Assembly: GCA_036339465.1 (NCBI GenBank) | Contig: JAYZAY010000027.1 | Coordinates: forward strand, 1-38,733 | Reading direction: 5' to 3' | Length of the DNA: 38,733 bases | Source of the DNA: Myxococcota bacterium | Lineage (GTDB): Bacteria > Myxococcota > XYA12-FULL-58-9 > JABJBS01 | Shown here: piece by piece, positions 9,364 to 19,369 of the stretch | How the letters are laid out: each line of letters starts with the position of its first letter | How positions within the stretch are numbered: position 1 is the first letter of the stretch | Made by a program: the position numbers and the translations under genes | Notes under the pieces: generated by a model | The model's input: only the letters and a program-made list of their open reading frames with translations | Told to the model about the DNA's origin: nothing | Database searches by the model: none

Positions 9364-11373
9364 ATGGTTCAGGATATTAGAACGATGGTAAGGGCTCTTC
9401 TTTTGGGCTGTATCTGGCTTTTACCCGGTTTGGCTTGGGGCTATGTGGCCGACGAGGGTGTGGCCATGGGGGATTTAGGGGAGGATTTTGGCACCCCTCA
9501 ACAATTGTTGCGCTATCCCCATCAATTACGAAGCTCAAACCAGTCCATTTATGTTCAATGGACAAAGGGTATGAATGGGCAATCTTTTCATCCGTATAAG
9601 ACCATCAGTTTAAACGATCTGTTAAATCCCGCGACCCAGAATCCATCGAGTCTACAGAGTGGTAGTTTGCTTCTACATAGTGAAAATGAAGCGATGGCCA
9701 ATGGCCTGGGATTGGTTTTTTCTCCAATGGATAATGTCTATGTTGGCTTGTGGTTCTCAGATTATGCGCCTGCATGGGGTGGTTTTGTGGATCGTGGATT
9801 GATTGGAGTTGGCTGGATCAACTATGTAGGCGGTGGGGGCGCAACCGACTTTTCCAAAATCGACCAATACCGTACCGCAGAAGCAGGTTATCGGCAATTT
9901 GATAGCTCTTTAGCCTATCGGTGGTCGGAAATGGATCTCGACCTTGGCTTTCGGGTTTATGGTGGGGGTTCTTCCCGGAGCCAGAGCCCCGATGATTCCA
10001 CAGGCCCTGTTGTGGTGCTCTCCGGATCTCAATCAAATCCGACGACTTCAAACCAATTTACTGTTTTTGACGTTGCAACCAGTCGTTATGGAGCCTCTGA
10101 CTTTGGTTTTGTTTTGGGCGCCGGTTTTGATGGGGTACCTGGGCTATCATTGGATTTTAGTGTTGGGGCCGAGTTCATTGGTTTCGAGTATAACGTGAAT
10201 AATATTGGGGAATTAGTTGATGCCGGTGGCCAGGGTCTCGAGTTCTCTTTGCGGGCTCATTATGAAGTGAACCGACGTTTTTCTGTGGGTTCGAGCCTTA
10301 CGTTTGAAAAATTAGGATTGTCTTTTGAGCCTCTTCGACAGCGGGATGGTGGCATACTCCCGGTGTATGATTTTGGGGCCATTGATGGATCGAGTTTGGA
10401 TGACCCAAATTCAGGTAACAATACCCTAGCAGGTTCGTCAGGGCCCAGTGGCGCAATAAGCGGTGATGTGAATGAAATAAGACCTGTCAAGGGAACTGTT
10501 TATCAGGAAGATCTGTCAAAATTGAATTGGTCTATTTTGGTGGGGTTTAATCCCAATTCACGACTGGAGCTTTTGGCGGGAGTCGGTATGTCTTTGGTGA
10601 ATGGACAGGTTGTCTCAGGAGTTGGTGGCAAATGGGAGGCTTCATCCAGTGGGGGGCTGACGGCGTTCCCCCACGTCCGGATTGGTTTGAATGGCGCAAT
10701 TACTGATTGGCTGGATCTGATGATTGGTTTGAGGCACGGGGTTTATTCGTGGCAGCTGAAGAACCGTGCTTTCGATGATAGAATTCCAAAAGACGATCAG
10801 TATCAAACGGCTTCTGGTGGTGTGGTCGATGATAATACAAGCAGTGGAGCGAGTGCCGCTGGAGGAACGCAGGGTGTCACACCTCCGGCTGAGAATATGA
10901 ACAAAAATCGGCAGGAAAAGATAACAGAGTCTACCGAAACGTTTACGAACACAGATCTTACGTTGGGACTGAAATTTAAGTTTGGTGATTTCTCCATCAT
11001 GACGCATTTGAATACAGATACGCTTTTTAAAGGACTGTATTTTCTTTTCGGTGAGAGTGCCAACGGAAATGCTTCGGGGAGCGAAACTGCCAAGGCCCCA
11101 TTGGTATGGGTGGGAATGCGTTATTATTGGGGTGGAGATGATCACGAAGATGAAGAAGAAGTAGCCTTGCCGGTTTTGCCAAAAAGGGCTGTTCCGAATC
11201 CAGCCTTAACTCCAAAGAAGAAGGAGCTAGAATTAAATATTGAGGTCGTTCCTCAGAAAAAGAAGCGTTTTCCCGTCTTCCCGCGGAAGAGCACGAAACC
11301 CAAAAAACGATTGTTTCCGTCCTTAGATGATGAAGAGTCGATAACAGATGACTTGAATTTGAGTGATGATTAA
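9364..11373 (+). CDS. Secreted, probably outer-membrane beta-barrel protein with charged C-terminal tail
   Basis: RBS GGAGG at 9351-9355, signal peptide (AWG cleavage) and many alternating aromatic/hydrophobic strands ending VGMRYYW, then an acidic/basic tail. Confidence 0.6.
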   Translation: MVQDIRTMVRALLLGCIWLLPGLAWGYVADEGVAMGDLGEDFGTPQQLLRYPHQLRSSNQSIYVQWTKGMNGQSFHPYKTISLNDLLNPATQNPSSLQSGSLLLHSENEAMANGLGLVFSPMDNVYVGLWFSDYAPAWGGFVDRGLIGVGWINYVGGGGATDFSKIDQYRTAEAGYRQFDSSLAYRWSEMDLDLGFRVYGGGSSRSQSPDDSTGPVVVLSGSQSNPTTSNQFTVFDVATSRYGASDFGFVLGAGFDGVPGLSLDFSVGAEFIGFEYNVNNIGELVDAGGQGLEFSLRAHYEVNRRFSVGSSLTFEKLGLSFEPLRQRDGGILPVYDFGAIDGSSLDDPNSGNNTLAGSSGPSGAISGDVNEIRPVKGTVYQEDLSKLNWSILVGFNPNSRLELLAGVGMSLVNGQVVSGVGGKWEASSSGGLTAFPHVRIGLNGAITDWLDLMIGLRHGVYSWQLKNRAFDDRIPKDDQYQTASGGVVDDNTSSGASAAGGTQGVTPPAENMNKNRQEKITESTETFTNTDLTLGLKFKFGDFSIMTHLNTDTLFKGLYFLFGESANGNASGSETAKAPLVWVGMRYYWGGDDHEDEEEVALPVLPKRAVPNPALTPKKKELELNIEVVPQKKKRFPVFPRKSTKPKKRLFPSLDDEESITDDLNLSDD

Positions 11374-11696
11374 GAAATCACGGCGGATTTTTCGGGAACT
11401 GTGGGTTGTTTCGTAAAAACGACTGTCTAGAATTGGATGCTTAAAGCTGTTGTCCGAGTTTGTCGCTGGCTTTTAGAAATAGCCTTCGGTACCACACCAG
11501 GCCTATGGCTTTTTATTGCTCGCTACTTTGCTCTTACGTCGCTGGTGGGGTGGGCTTTGGAAGAGTCGAATTTGTTTTCCGTTATGGTTCTAAAAGAGGG
11601 AGAGGATTCAATGGTTACAAGCGTGTGTGGGGTGAATATGCGCTGAGCGTTCTTTGGGCGGTGTAGATGGTGTTTAGAAGTACCTGCTCTATTTGG

Positions 11697-12701
11697 TCAT
11701 GCTTTTTTTTTGTTCTTCTTCTCTTTGACCAGTTTTGCTTTGACCTCTTTGAGCTTTTTCCGAGCATCTTTGATAAGGGGCGATTTCTTATGATTGTTGA
11801 CAATCTCTTCGAAAAAGATGGCTGCGTCTTGGAGGTTTCCGATTTCCACAGAGCAGGTACCGATACGAAAATATGCGTCATCGACCCGCTTACCGTTGGC
11901 GAATTGGTCAACAACTTTAATGTACTGCTGCAACGCCAATCGGTAGCTTTTCTTCGTGAAATGGAGCTCACCAAGCTGGAAATAGGCTTCGTCCGTATAG
12001 CCTTGTTTGGAAGGGTATTTTCTAATTAATTTTTTGTATGTGAGAGTGGCGGCTTGATGCTTTCCCGATTTTTGGAGTGTCCGGGCTTCTTTGAGCAGAG
12101 AGTCCTTGGTGATAGTCGTTTTTGTTTTTGTTTTTGTTTTTGTTTTTGGAGTGCTCGTGCCGGTGTACTTTTTATTTTCTACATTCTTAGTCAATTTTTT
12201 GGAAGGTGGGGGCAGCTTTTTGGTGATTGTCTTGTGAGGTTTTGGGACCTCGTGGGATACCCTTATGACGGGATCGTCCAGTCTCTGTTCTATATTCTCT
12301 AGGCGTTTGACTAGACTGTTTTCTTCACCGAAGTGCTTTTCAATTTCTTGGGTCCGATGTTCAACGATTTCAAAACTTCCCCTAAGAGCTTGTGCTTCTT
12401 GGATCAGCCTTTCGATCTTGATGCCCAGGTCGGCATCGGTCATTCGGGCGGCTTTATTGAGTTTGTCGAGGGTTAGCGAAACTTCCTTAATTTTCTCAGC
12501 GATTTCAATGCCACGTTCTTCGTGGGTGGCGGTTTGTTTCTCTAACGTGCGATTGGCATTTCGCATTTCTTCTTGCAGGTGATTGATGTCTCGGAGCATT
12601 CGCTCGCCGGTTTGAGCAGGAACCCAACAGGCAGAGCTTCCAAATGAAAGAATTGATACTCCCAGGAACAATGGGATTTGAAGCTTTTTGGATAGCCGCA
12701 T
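11697..12701 (-). CDS. cpoB: Tol-Pal-associated CpoB/YbgF-like TPR lipoprotein
   Basis: Lipobox SSAC, N-terminal coiled coil and C-terminal TPRs (YTDEAYFQLGE, VDDAYFRIG). Lies directly downstream of the Pal-like gene. Confidence 0.8.
   Translation of the reverse strand: MRLSKKLQIPLFLGVSILSFGSSACWVPAQTGERMLRDINHLQEEMRNANRTLEKQTATHEERGIEIAEKIKEVSLTLDKLNKAARMTDADLGIKIERLIQEAQALRGSFEIVEHRTQEIEKHFGEENSLVKRLENIEQRLDDPVIRVSHEVPKPHKTITKKLPPPSKKLTKNVENKKYTGTSTPKTKTKTKTKTTITKDSLLKEARTLQKSGKHQAATLTYKKLIRKYPSKQGYTDEAYFQLGELHFTKKSYRLALQQYIKVVDQFANGKRVDDAYFRIGTCSVEIGNLQDAAIFFEEIVNNHKKSPLIKDARKKLKEVKAKLVKEKKNKKKA
12118..12147. repeat. Hexamer microsatellite (GTTTTT)x5 encoding KTKTKTKTKT in the CpoB linker
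   Basis: Five exact copies at 12118-12147. Confidence 0.95.
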
Positions 12702-12843
12702 GTGGGTCTCCTTTACCTTCTAGGCCTTTGAATTCAAGGCGAAGTCATCGATAGGATATCTTATTTTTGGCGGGGGGATAAGAAATCGGCAAAGCGGTGT
12801 AACAACAATGTTTCTACTGCGGAAAGGGGGTTCATTTTCATGT

Positions 12844-13641
12844 TCATGGGCCAATGAATTCGACGCGTCGGTTACGAGCCCAGCATGTTTCATCTGCTCG
12901 TTCACAGACTGGCTCGTTCTCACCCTTAGAACGGACGACGAATTTTTCGGGATCGGCGCCGAGGGTTTTTAGGTAATTACGAACGGTGGTGGCACGTTTT
13001 TCACCAAGAGCAAGATTGTATTCTTGGGTACCCCGATCATCACTGTGCCCTTCCAGGACAATACCTAGGGTGTCAAATTCACTGATGCATTCAGCGGCCA
13101 TTTGAAGCTGTTGTTGGCTGTTGGTGGTTAGTGCATAATCATTGAATTCAAATAAGATTGCTTCGCGGGCAAGATTGTCCTGTTTGGAGAAAAGTGTATT
13201 ACAACTTTTCCGTCTCTCTTTTTGTTCCGGGGTTTCTTCAGCGCAGATATTGTTGAGGCAAAGAAAGCCAGTGGCGCAATCCATTGTGGAGTGGCAGGTG
13301 ATGGTTGCGGAGATCGTGGTCGGGTCTTGACACACACCGTTGATGCAACCCAAGCTGGTTGTACACTCATCGGCTTCAGTGCAAGGCTCACCGAGTTGAG
13401 AGAGCTTGTGCTTTTCATCGCAACGACCACTGTTACAAAAGTAGCCATCGCCCCGGGCTTCGACGCATTGAGCATCTTCGATGCATTCTTGACAAGTCCC
13501 CTGAACGCATACATCTCCTAGGGCATCAGGTCGCTGACATTCGTTATCACTCTCGCAGATATTTGTATCTGGTTGACAAGCAATAGTCATGGCGGTCATT
13601 ATCCAAGCATTTATGATCAGTGATAATTTAAATCTTTTCAT
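12844..13641 (-). CDS. pal: Pal/OmpA-family peptidoglycan-associated lipoprotein with N-terminal Cys-rich repeats
   Basis: Lipobox TIAC and OmpA_C motifs FEFND, LEGHSDDRGTQEYNLALGEKRA, SKGE, NRRVEF. Start placed at MKRFKL (13641). Confidence 0.85.
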   Translation of the reverse strand: MKRFKLSLIINAWIMTAMTIACQPDTNICESDNECQRPDALGDVCVQGTCQECIEDAQCVEARGDGYFCNSGRCDEKHKLSQLGEPCTEADECTTSLGCINGVCQDPTTISATITCHSTMDCATGFLCLNNICAEETPEQKERRKSCNTLFSKQDNLAREAILFEFNDYALTTNSQQQLQMAAECISEFDTLGIVLEGHSDDRGTQEYNLALGEKRATTVRNYLKTLGADPEKFVVRSKGENEPVCERADETCWARNRRVEFIGP

Positions 13642-13881
13642 TCTCTCTGCTCTCCCTCTCGGTTTGGTGGGGCCATATAATGACAAGATATTCTATGCCG
13701 GCAAGAAAGCTGGGACTTTTGCCTCTCATGGAATAGGTTTTTAAACCCTTAGCTCGAAATTTTCAAGCGGTGATTACCCTCTTCGTTCTGTTTAAAGTGC
13801 TTCTTAGCTTCTCTTGGGCGCTTCCGCTCATCCTGGCCTTGTTTTTTAATTCAAGCTCAGTTAGCTCGTGGTTCACCCAAT

Positions 13882-14490
13882 ATGTTTGAGAAGATAATAG
13901 AATACGTACAGGACGCCCATCCTATTTATTATTTTGGGCTTTTGATGCTCGCGGGGCTTGGCATACCCGTGAGCGAGGATGGGTTAAACGTTTGGACGGG
14001 TGGGCTATTGGGGCGGGAGCAGGCTCCATACGGCACCCTAAGCTATGTTATTGCCCTATATGCCGGCGTCGCCTGCAGCGATATGCTGACATTTTTCTTG
14101 GGTCGCTGTGCGAATCGAGCTTTTGGAAAGTCCATTAGAAAGTTTCTTTTTCGTGATCCAGCGGTGGTGGAAAAGGCCATGATTTCCATTCGAAAGCACG
14201 GGGATATGGCGGGATTTGTTCAGAGGTTTTCACTAGGAGCCCGTTTACCGATTTCATTTTTTTCGGGGTATTGCGGTATTTCGGCGCCCAAATTCTTTCT
14301 CGGTGTGTGTGCAGGAGCAGCGATTACACTGCCTTTGCAATTGAGTTTGGGGTATCTGATGCGAAATCAGATCCAGCATGTTTTGGATTTCTTAGTCGAG
14401 TACGGTAGTTTGGTGGGATTGTTGATTTTGGTGGGATTGGGTTTTGTTGTTTTTCGGTTTGTTCGACGAGACGTGAAGATGGGGTTGTAA
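13882..14490 (+). CDS. DedA family membrane protein
   Basis: GLGIPVSED, SDMLTFFLGR, RFSLGAR and several transmembrane segments. Confidence 0.9.
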   Translation: MFEKIIEYVQDAHPIYYFGLLMLAGLGIPVSEDGLNVWTGGLLGREQAPYGTLSYVIALYAGVACSDMLTFFLGRCANRAFGKSIRKFLFRDPAVVEKAMISIRKHGDMAGFVQRFSLGARLPISFFSGYCGISAPKFFLGVCAGAAITLPLQLSLGYLMRNQIQHVLDFLVEYGSLVGLLILVGLGFVVFRFVRRDVKMGL

Positions 14491-14517
14491 GTTCCGACTT
14501 GTAATGCAAGTCGTCGT

Positions 14518-16446
14518 TTAATTTGATCGCATGATTTTAGAGTGCAGGCGTCTTTCATTTCCGTGGCGAATGGTGACCTGTTGTTTATCTGCGTATTCGA
14601 GAATTGGGATTAGCCATTTTCGAGAAATTCCACCTAAGGCTTCTTTGAAGGTCGATGCACCGAGGTTTTCTTGGTCGGTTTGGAATGCGTGTATGATTGC
14701 TTGAAGAGCTTGTTCTGTGGCGTTACTGCCGAGGTGTTGATTGTCCTTTAGACGAACAATTTTGTTTTTGTATCGAAGGTAAGCGAGGATAGTACCGAGT
14801 TCTTTTGGGGCGATTTTAAGGGAGGTTGCCAATTCTTTATCTGTGGGAGGCGTGAATTCGGAGTCTTCAAAAAGTTCGAAAATTTGGGTTGCAAGGGGCT
14901 CCTGAGAGGGGGTGAGTGTGGGCCGGCGACCGGGTAGCGTGATCACCTGCTCAGCGCGGACGAGCCAGCCGAGCTCTTGGCCAAGTGTAAGTGTCGCTCT
15001 AAAGAGGGCAGGTGATAAATAGGGTAGCCTTGATTGCAGCTCTATCTCTGCGACGCCCTCCGCCACGGTATCGGTCTTTAGTACATCTGACACAATGTCC
15101 TTCAACTCTTTTGCTCTTTCGCACACCAGAGCTCGATGGAACCAGTATTTTCCCTCTTGTGCCGATACGATTTTTTGATTGAGAACGAGCTCGTTTAGCA
15201 GTGCTTTGGGTTCCCAATTTTCAGGTAGGCGTTGAGTTAACTCTGCTTCGGAAAGTCCGTGGTGATGGCAGTTGGCGACCAAGCTTTCTAGCCAGTTTAG
15301 TTGGGTTTCGGGGTGGTATTTGGAGCAGAGTTGGAAAGAGCGGGTGACGCTTCCTTTGCCGGTGGGGGCGAAGGGATCGATGATGGTGCCACCCCCTATG
15401 GTTGCAATGGGGCGGAGTCCTGGTTGACGAACGATAAATTTTTGCCCAGCGAACGTTAGAATTGGTTTTTTGAGTTTAATGATTGCTGAAACTTTTTGTC
15501 CAGTTTCGATTCCTGATTCAAAGATGATTGTTCCCAATATTTCGAAGGTTCCAATATGAACCATTGCTTCGATATTTTTGGCATCGGTTAGGGTGACCAA
15601 AGGGCTTAATTGGACCACGATTCTCTGGGTGGGCTGGAAGCTTTCGGGGCTGACCAATAGGCTTCCGCGTTCTAGGGTTCGAGGCAGCCGTCCTGAGAGG
15701 TTAAGAGCTGTGCGCATACCCCGATGGGAGGATTCAATGGATTTTCGAGCATTTTGAATTTCCCGTATCTTAATCTTTCCAAAATAACCGTGATTGGGGG
15801 AGAAAGCTGCTAGGACATCACCCTGCGAGATGTGCCCTCTATTAATGGTTCCAGTGGCAATGAGTCCTCGACCGGAAGATGAAAATGAACGATCGATTGG
15901 AATATAGGTCGGTCCCTCGGTATTCGGATTCAGAGACATGGTGACTTCACGGGTGAGTTCTTGTTTGAGGGTTGTGAGTCCTTCTCCTGTTTTTGACGAA
16001 ACTCGAATTGGAGAATGTTTCTCAAAAATAGTTCCCGCTACAAGTTCCGAAATTTCTTCTTCTAGAAGTTCTAGGAGTTCGGGGTCGCTGAGGTCGGATT
16101 TTGTGATGATGACGCGACCAATTTCGACGTTCAAGAGTCGAAGAATGTCAAAGTGTTCACGAGTTTGCGGCATGACTCCGTCATCTGCGGCAACAACAAG
16201 CAGGGCCATGTGAATGCCGCTGGCACCGGCGATCATTGTGCGAACGAATTTTTCGTGTCCGGGGACATCGATGAAGTGGATGGTTTGTTCAGGGCTTATT
16301 TGCCAAGGAACGAAGCCTAAATCGATAGTGATACCTCTCTTCTTTTCTTCCGGGAGCTGGTCTGGATGAAGGCCTGAGAGGGCTTGCACAAGGCTGCTTT
16401 TACCGTGGTCAATGTGGCCAGCAGTTCCAATATTGAGGGTTTTCAT
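14518..16446 (-). CDS. selB: Selenocysteine-specific elongation factor
   Basis: [32 protein letters not shown] and C-terminal winged helix [18 protein letters not shown] overlap with selA. Confidence 0.96.
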   Translation of the reverse strand: MKTLNIGTAGHIDHGKSSLVQALSGLHPDQLPEEKKRGITIDLGFVPWQISPEQTIHFIDVPGHEKFVRTMIAGASGIHMALLVVAADDGVMPQTREHFDILRLLNVEIGRVIITKSDLSDPELLELLEEEISELVAGTIFEKHSPIRVSSKTGEGLTTLKQELTREVTMSLNPNTEGPTYIPIDRSFSSSGRGLIATGTINRGHISQGDVLAAFSPNHGYFGKIKIREIQNARKSIESSHRGMRTALNLSGRLPRTLERGSLLVSPESFQPTQRIVVQLSPLVTLTDAKNIEAMVHIGTFEILGTIIFESGIETGQKVSAIIKLKKPILTFAGQKFIVRQPGLRPIATIGGGTIIDPFAPTGKGSVTRSFQLCSKYHPETQLNWLESLVANCHHHGLSEAELTQRLPENWEPKALLNELVLNQKIVSAQEGKYWFHRALVCERAKELKDIVSDVLKTDTVAEGVAEIELQSRLPYLSPALFRATLTLGQELGWLVRAEQVITLPGRRPTLTPSQEPLATQIFELFEDSEFTPPTDKELATSLKIAPKELGTILAYLRYKNKIVRLKDNQHLGSNATEQALQAIIHAFQTDQENLGASTFKEALGGISRKWLIPILEYADKQQVTIRHGNERRLHSKIMRSN

Positions 16447-17825
16447 CTTTTGTTTTCCAGGGTCTTGCACAGAGGTCGTAGTTCGATGAGTGCTGATATG
16501 ACTTCTTGATCGTCGTTTTCTGAGATAGCCCGGGGATGCAACTTGAGTTGGTTTTCTGAGATATGCCCAATGATCGGCAGATCGTGGTGTCGCAAGGCAT
16601 TTGCGAGCTCTTGGGGGTATGACGATGAGATGGCCAATGCGACGCTCTGGATTTCACTGGTGGGCATGGTACCGCCACCCACGGTATCGATGGCGGTGAT
16701 AACTTCTCCATAACCGGCCTGCGAGCGCCAGTATTCTACGCGTGCTTGGAGTTTCTCTAGGGAGGTGTTTAGTTGTCTGAAAAGAGGAATATCGATATGT
16801 TCTCTTTTTTTGCGGTAAATATCCAAGGTAGCCATGATTCCAGCCAATTGAATTTTGTCGCACCGAAAGGCTCTGGCAAGGGGATGTTTTTTCAATTGGG
16901 CAATGAGTTCTTCGCTACCCACAATTGCGCCACCCTGTGGTCCGCCCAGGAGTTTGTCGGTGGAAAATATCGTTAGATCAACGTTTTGGGCGATGCCCTC
17001 CTGAACGGTGGGCGCCTTCGGTAAGTTCCACTTTTCTGTATCGACGATGCAACCTGTTCCCTGATCATAAATAACTTTCGCACCATATGGTTTGGCGAGT
17101 TTGACGAGTTCGCCCAGTGTCGGTTCTTCGACGTAGCCTACCTGTGAAAAATTTGAGCGATGTACCACGACGAACAACTTTGCGCCCGCTTCCGCAGCTT
17201 CTTGGAAATCCGAAAGGCGGGTTCGGTTGGTGGTACCTACCTCCATGAGCTCCACGCCCGCAGCGGAAATCATGGAGGGCAGCCTAAATCCACCACCAAT
17301 TTCTATGAGCTGCCCGCGGGAAATTGCGACTGGTTTATTTTGGTGAAGGCAGGAAAGAGAGAGAATTAATGCCGCTGCGCAGTTATTCACCACGAGTCCA
17401 CTGTCGGAACCAGTGGTTTTTGTCAGTAACTCAGAGACTCCTCGGAGACGAGAGGTTCTTTTTCCGGTAACCAAGTCGAATTCTAGATCACAATAAGTGT
17501 GGGCTTCGTTCATGGCAATTGAGACATTTTCAGGTAAGGGGGATCGGCCCAAGTTGGTGTGGAGTAGTACACCGGTTGCGTTGATGACTCGATGGTATGG
17601 CTTGAACCGGGAAGACAATTGCTGAAGTATTTGAGTGTGAATTTGCTCTTTTGTGGGGATCGCATGAATTCGTTTTGTTGTAAAATCCTTGCGAATGGAA
17701 CCCAGGATAAGCCTTGCTGCTTCCGTCAAAGTTTCCGGTGGGATGTCCTTGGTGATTGGTTGTGGCTTTAGTTCTTCGATAAGTTGATGAACCGAGGGAA
17801 GCTGCCTTAGGGATTGTTTAACCAT
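16443..17825 (-). CDS. selA: L-seryl-tRNA(Sec) selenium transferase
   Basis: RVINATGVLLHTNLGRSPL, VNNCAAA, EIGGGFR, EVGTTNRT and PLP-Lys motif DKLLGGPQ. Confidence 0.97.
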   Translation of the reverse strand: MVKQSLRQLPSVHQLIEELKPQPITKDIPPETLTEAARLILGSIRKDFTTKRIHAIPTKEQIHTQILQQLSSRFKPYHRVINATGVLLHTNLGRSPLPENVSIAMNEAHTYCDLEFDLVTGKRTSRLRGVSELLTKTTGSDSGLVVNNCAAALILSLSCLHQNKPVAISRGQLIEIGGGFRLPSMISAAGVELMEVGTTNRTRLSDFQEAAEAGAKLFVVVHRSNFSQVGYVEEPTLGELVKLAKPYGAKVIYDQGTGCIVDTEKWNLPKAPTVQEGIAQNVDLTIFSTDKLLGGPQGGAIVGSEELIAQLKKHPLARAFRCDKIQLAGIMATLDIYRKKREHIDIPLFRQLNTSLEKLQARVEYWRSQAGYGEVITAIDTVGGGTMPTSEIQSVALAISSSYPQELANALRHHDLPIIGHISENQLKLHPRAISENDDQEVISALIELRPLCKTLENKR

Positions 17826-17897
17826 AATTTGGTTGACATGAATGAACGAAAACAGAGGAAATCAAAACAGTAAAACGCAAAAGATTGGACGTTGGTT

Positions 17898-18260
17898 TTA
17901 CCCGTTGATCTTGGATAGGGCTTCGGCGAATTTGTCGGCCGTGAATGGTTTTCTAATGACGAAGTCAGCTCCTGCACTGGCGGCTGTGTTTTCGATTTCG
18001 ACGGAGCTGTCGGCAGTAACTATGCCAAAGTGTACCTGGGCCCCGTTGGCTCGAATGGCCCTTAAGAGAGCGAGCCCACTCATTTCTGGCATGTACCAAT
18101 CACTAATGACCAAGTTAGGGTGCTCGGTTAGAACTTTCTTAAGGGCCTCAACACCATTGGCGGCTTCTATGAATTCATGATCGCCGGATCCTGAACTTGA
18201 CACTACCCGCCTAACGAGATCACGCATTCCGCCGCTGTCGTCTACCACAAGAATTTTCAC
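17898..18260 (-). CDS. Single-domain CheY-like response regulator
   Basis: ILVVDDS, ISDWYMPEMSG, VTA, KPF. GTG start. Confidence 0.92.
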   Translation of the reverse strand: MKILVVDDSGGMRDLVRRVVSSSGSGDHEFIEAANGVEALKKVLTEHPNLVISDWYMPEMSGLALLRAIRANGAQVHFGIVTADSSVEIENTAASAGADFVIRKPFTADKFAEALSKING

Positions 18261-18441
18261 GATTTCCTCACTTTTATTACGGTAACTACGGTGACAAGGG
18301 CTTGTATCGGAACTCTCGTCTACGTGTCGATGTCTTTTCCGCAGGCACTTTCTTATGAAAACACGATTCGAGAGTCGACCTCAAGTTTATGGGAGGTATG
18401 GGGGCGAGGGATTTCAGATCTTTCTTGAACTTTCGGACTTT

Positions 18442-18987
18442 TCAAGGGAATTGGCAAACACCTTCTGTCTTATTATCAGTGGTTTGGCATATTTGGGAGG
18501 CAATACATTGGTCACAAATGCCGGCAGTGTTTCGGGAACCCATTTTTCGGCACCAACTCAGGTTACCGTAGATGGCTGAGCACTGGCTGTCGGTTGTGCA
18601 ATCCGTGCATACCTTTGTAAGAGCTCCATCGGCATTCACGGAAGAGCATGTGAAGCTTGAGCTCAGAATACCGGTTGCGAGTTCGGTGCAGTCGCTGCTG
18701 GTGTCACACTTACGCATACACATTGTCGGCCCGGTCGTGGCTACACATGCAAATTCTATGGTACCCAGAGTGGGACAATCTGCGTCGCTAACACAATGGC
18801 GGCTTGGCCCCGTGAACCCATCATTGGGGAATGTGCAGCTTCTCAGGCAGCTGGCGGTTTTTGTATCGCAGCGATAACCGTCAAAGCAGTCTTCAGCTTT
18901 CGTGCATTCGGTAATAGGGTCAGCTTCAGCACAGCCGATTAAGTGGAGGCTGCCCATGAGAACCAAAAATAGATTGAGTTTACCCAT
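18442..18987 (-). CDS. Cysteine-rich lipoprotein of unknown function
   Basis: Lipobox LIGC, 20 further Cys in C-x5-C-type repeats, and RBS GGAG upstream of ATG 18987. Confidence 0.75.
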   Translation of the reverse strand: MGKLNLFLVLMGSLHLIGCAEADPITECTKAEDCFDGYRCDTKTASCLRSCTFPNDGFTGPSRHCVSDADCPTLGTIEFACVATTGPTMCMRKCDTSSDCTELATGILSSSFTCSSVNADGALTKVCTDCTTDSQCSAIYGNLSWCRKMGSRNTAGICDQCIASQICQTTDNKTEGVCQFP

Positions 18988-19129
18988 GAACACTTGCTCC
19001 TAAGTCTATTGATAGCATCATTAAAAAACCCTCTAGTACGGAACCATGGCACTCGCCAAGAGCTTAGGTCCTTTGGCGGCTATTTATGGGATTCAAGGTA
19101 TGGAAAGGGTGATCATTTTGTACTTCAGG

Positions 19130-19156
19130 GTGGCAGTCTATGAGGGTGAGTGCCAG
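19130..19156. promoter_or_regulatory. CIRCE-like HrcA operator
   Basis: GTGGCAGTC-N9(TATGAGGGT)-GAGTGCCAG compared with consensus TTAGCACTC-N9-GAGTGCTAA, upstream of groES. Confidence 0.75.
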
Positions 19157-19218
19157 TGGCCTTTATTTGTCTGAATAATAACGAATACTTATGTGACGAT
19201 AAAAGTTTATTCTCTGCC

Positions 19219-19246
19219 TTGACAAAAATTCGGAGATGCCTATATT
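19219..19246 (+). promoter_or_regulatory. Putative sigma70 promoter of groESL
   Basis: TTGACA (19219-19224), 16-bp spacer, TATATT (19241-19246). Confidence 0.6.
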
Positions 19247-19369
19247 CGCGCGCATGTAAGTTGACTTGGGAGCAGTGTCACTCCTGTGGGAGTCGGCTGC
19301 AGTCACCGCGAATAGGTTTGGGTGCCGTGTGCACGTGTATTTAAAATTAATTATAAGGAGGCTAGCGAG

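Noticed and set aside
11374..11696. 320-bp gap between convergent genes with short ORFs (11437-11646, 11460-11666)
   Set aside because: No RBS, motif or convincing nested structure. A small RNA cannot be excluded but is unsupported.
14518..17897. tRNA-Sec (selC) near selAB
   Set aside because: No cloverleaf with a TCA anticodon in the flanking gaps. CTTCAAA/TTTGAAG hits fall inside coding sequence.
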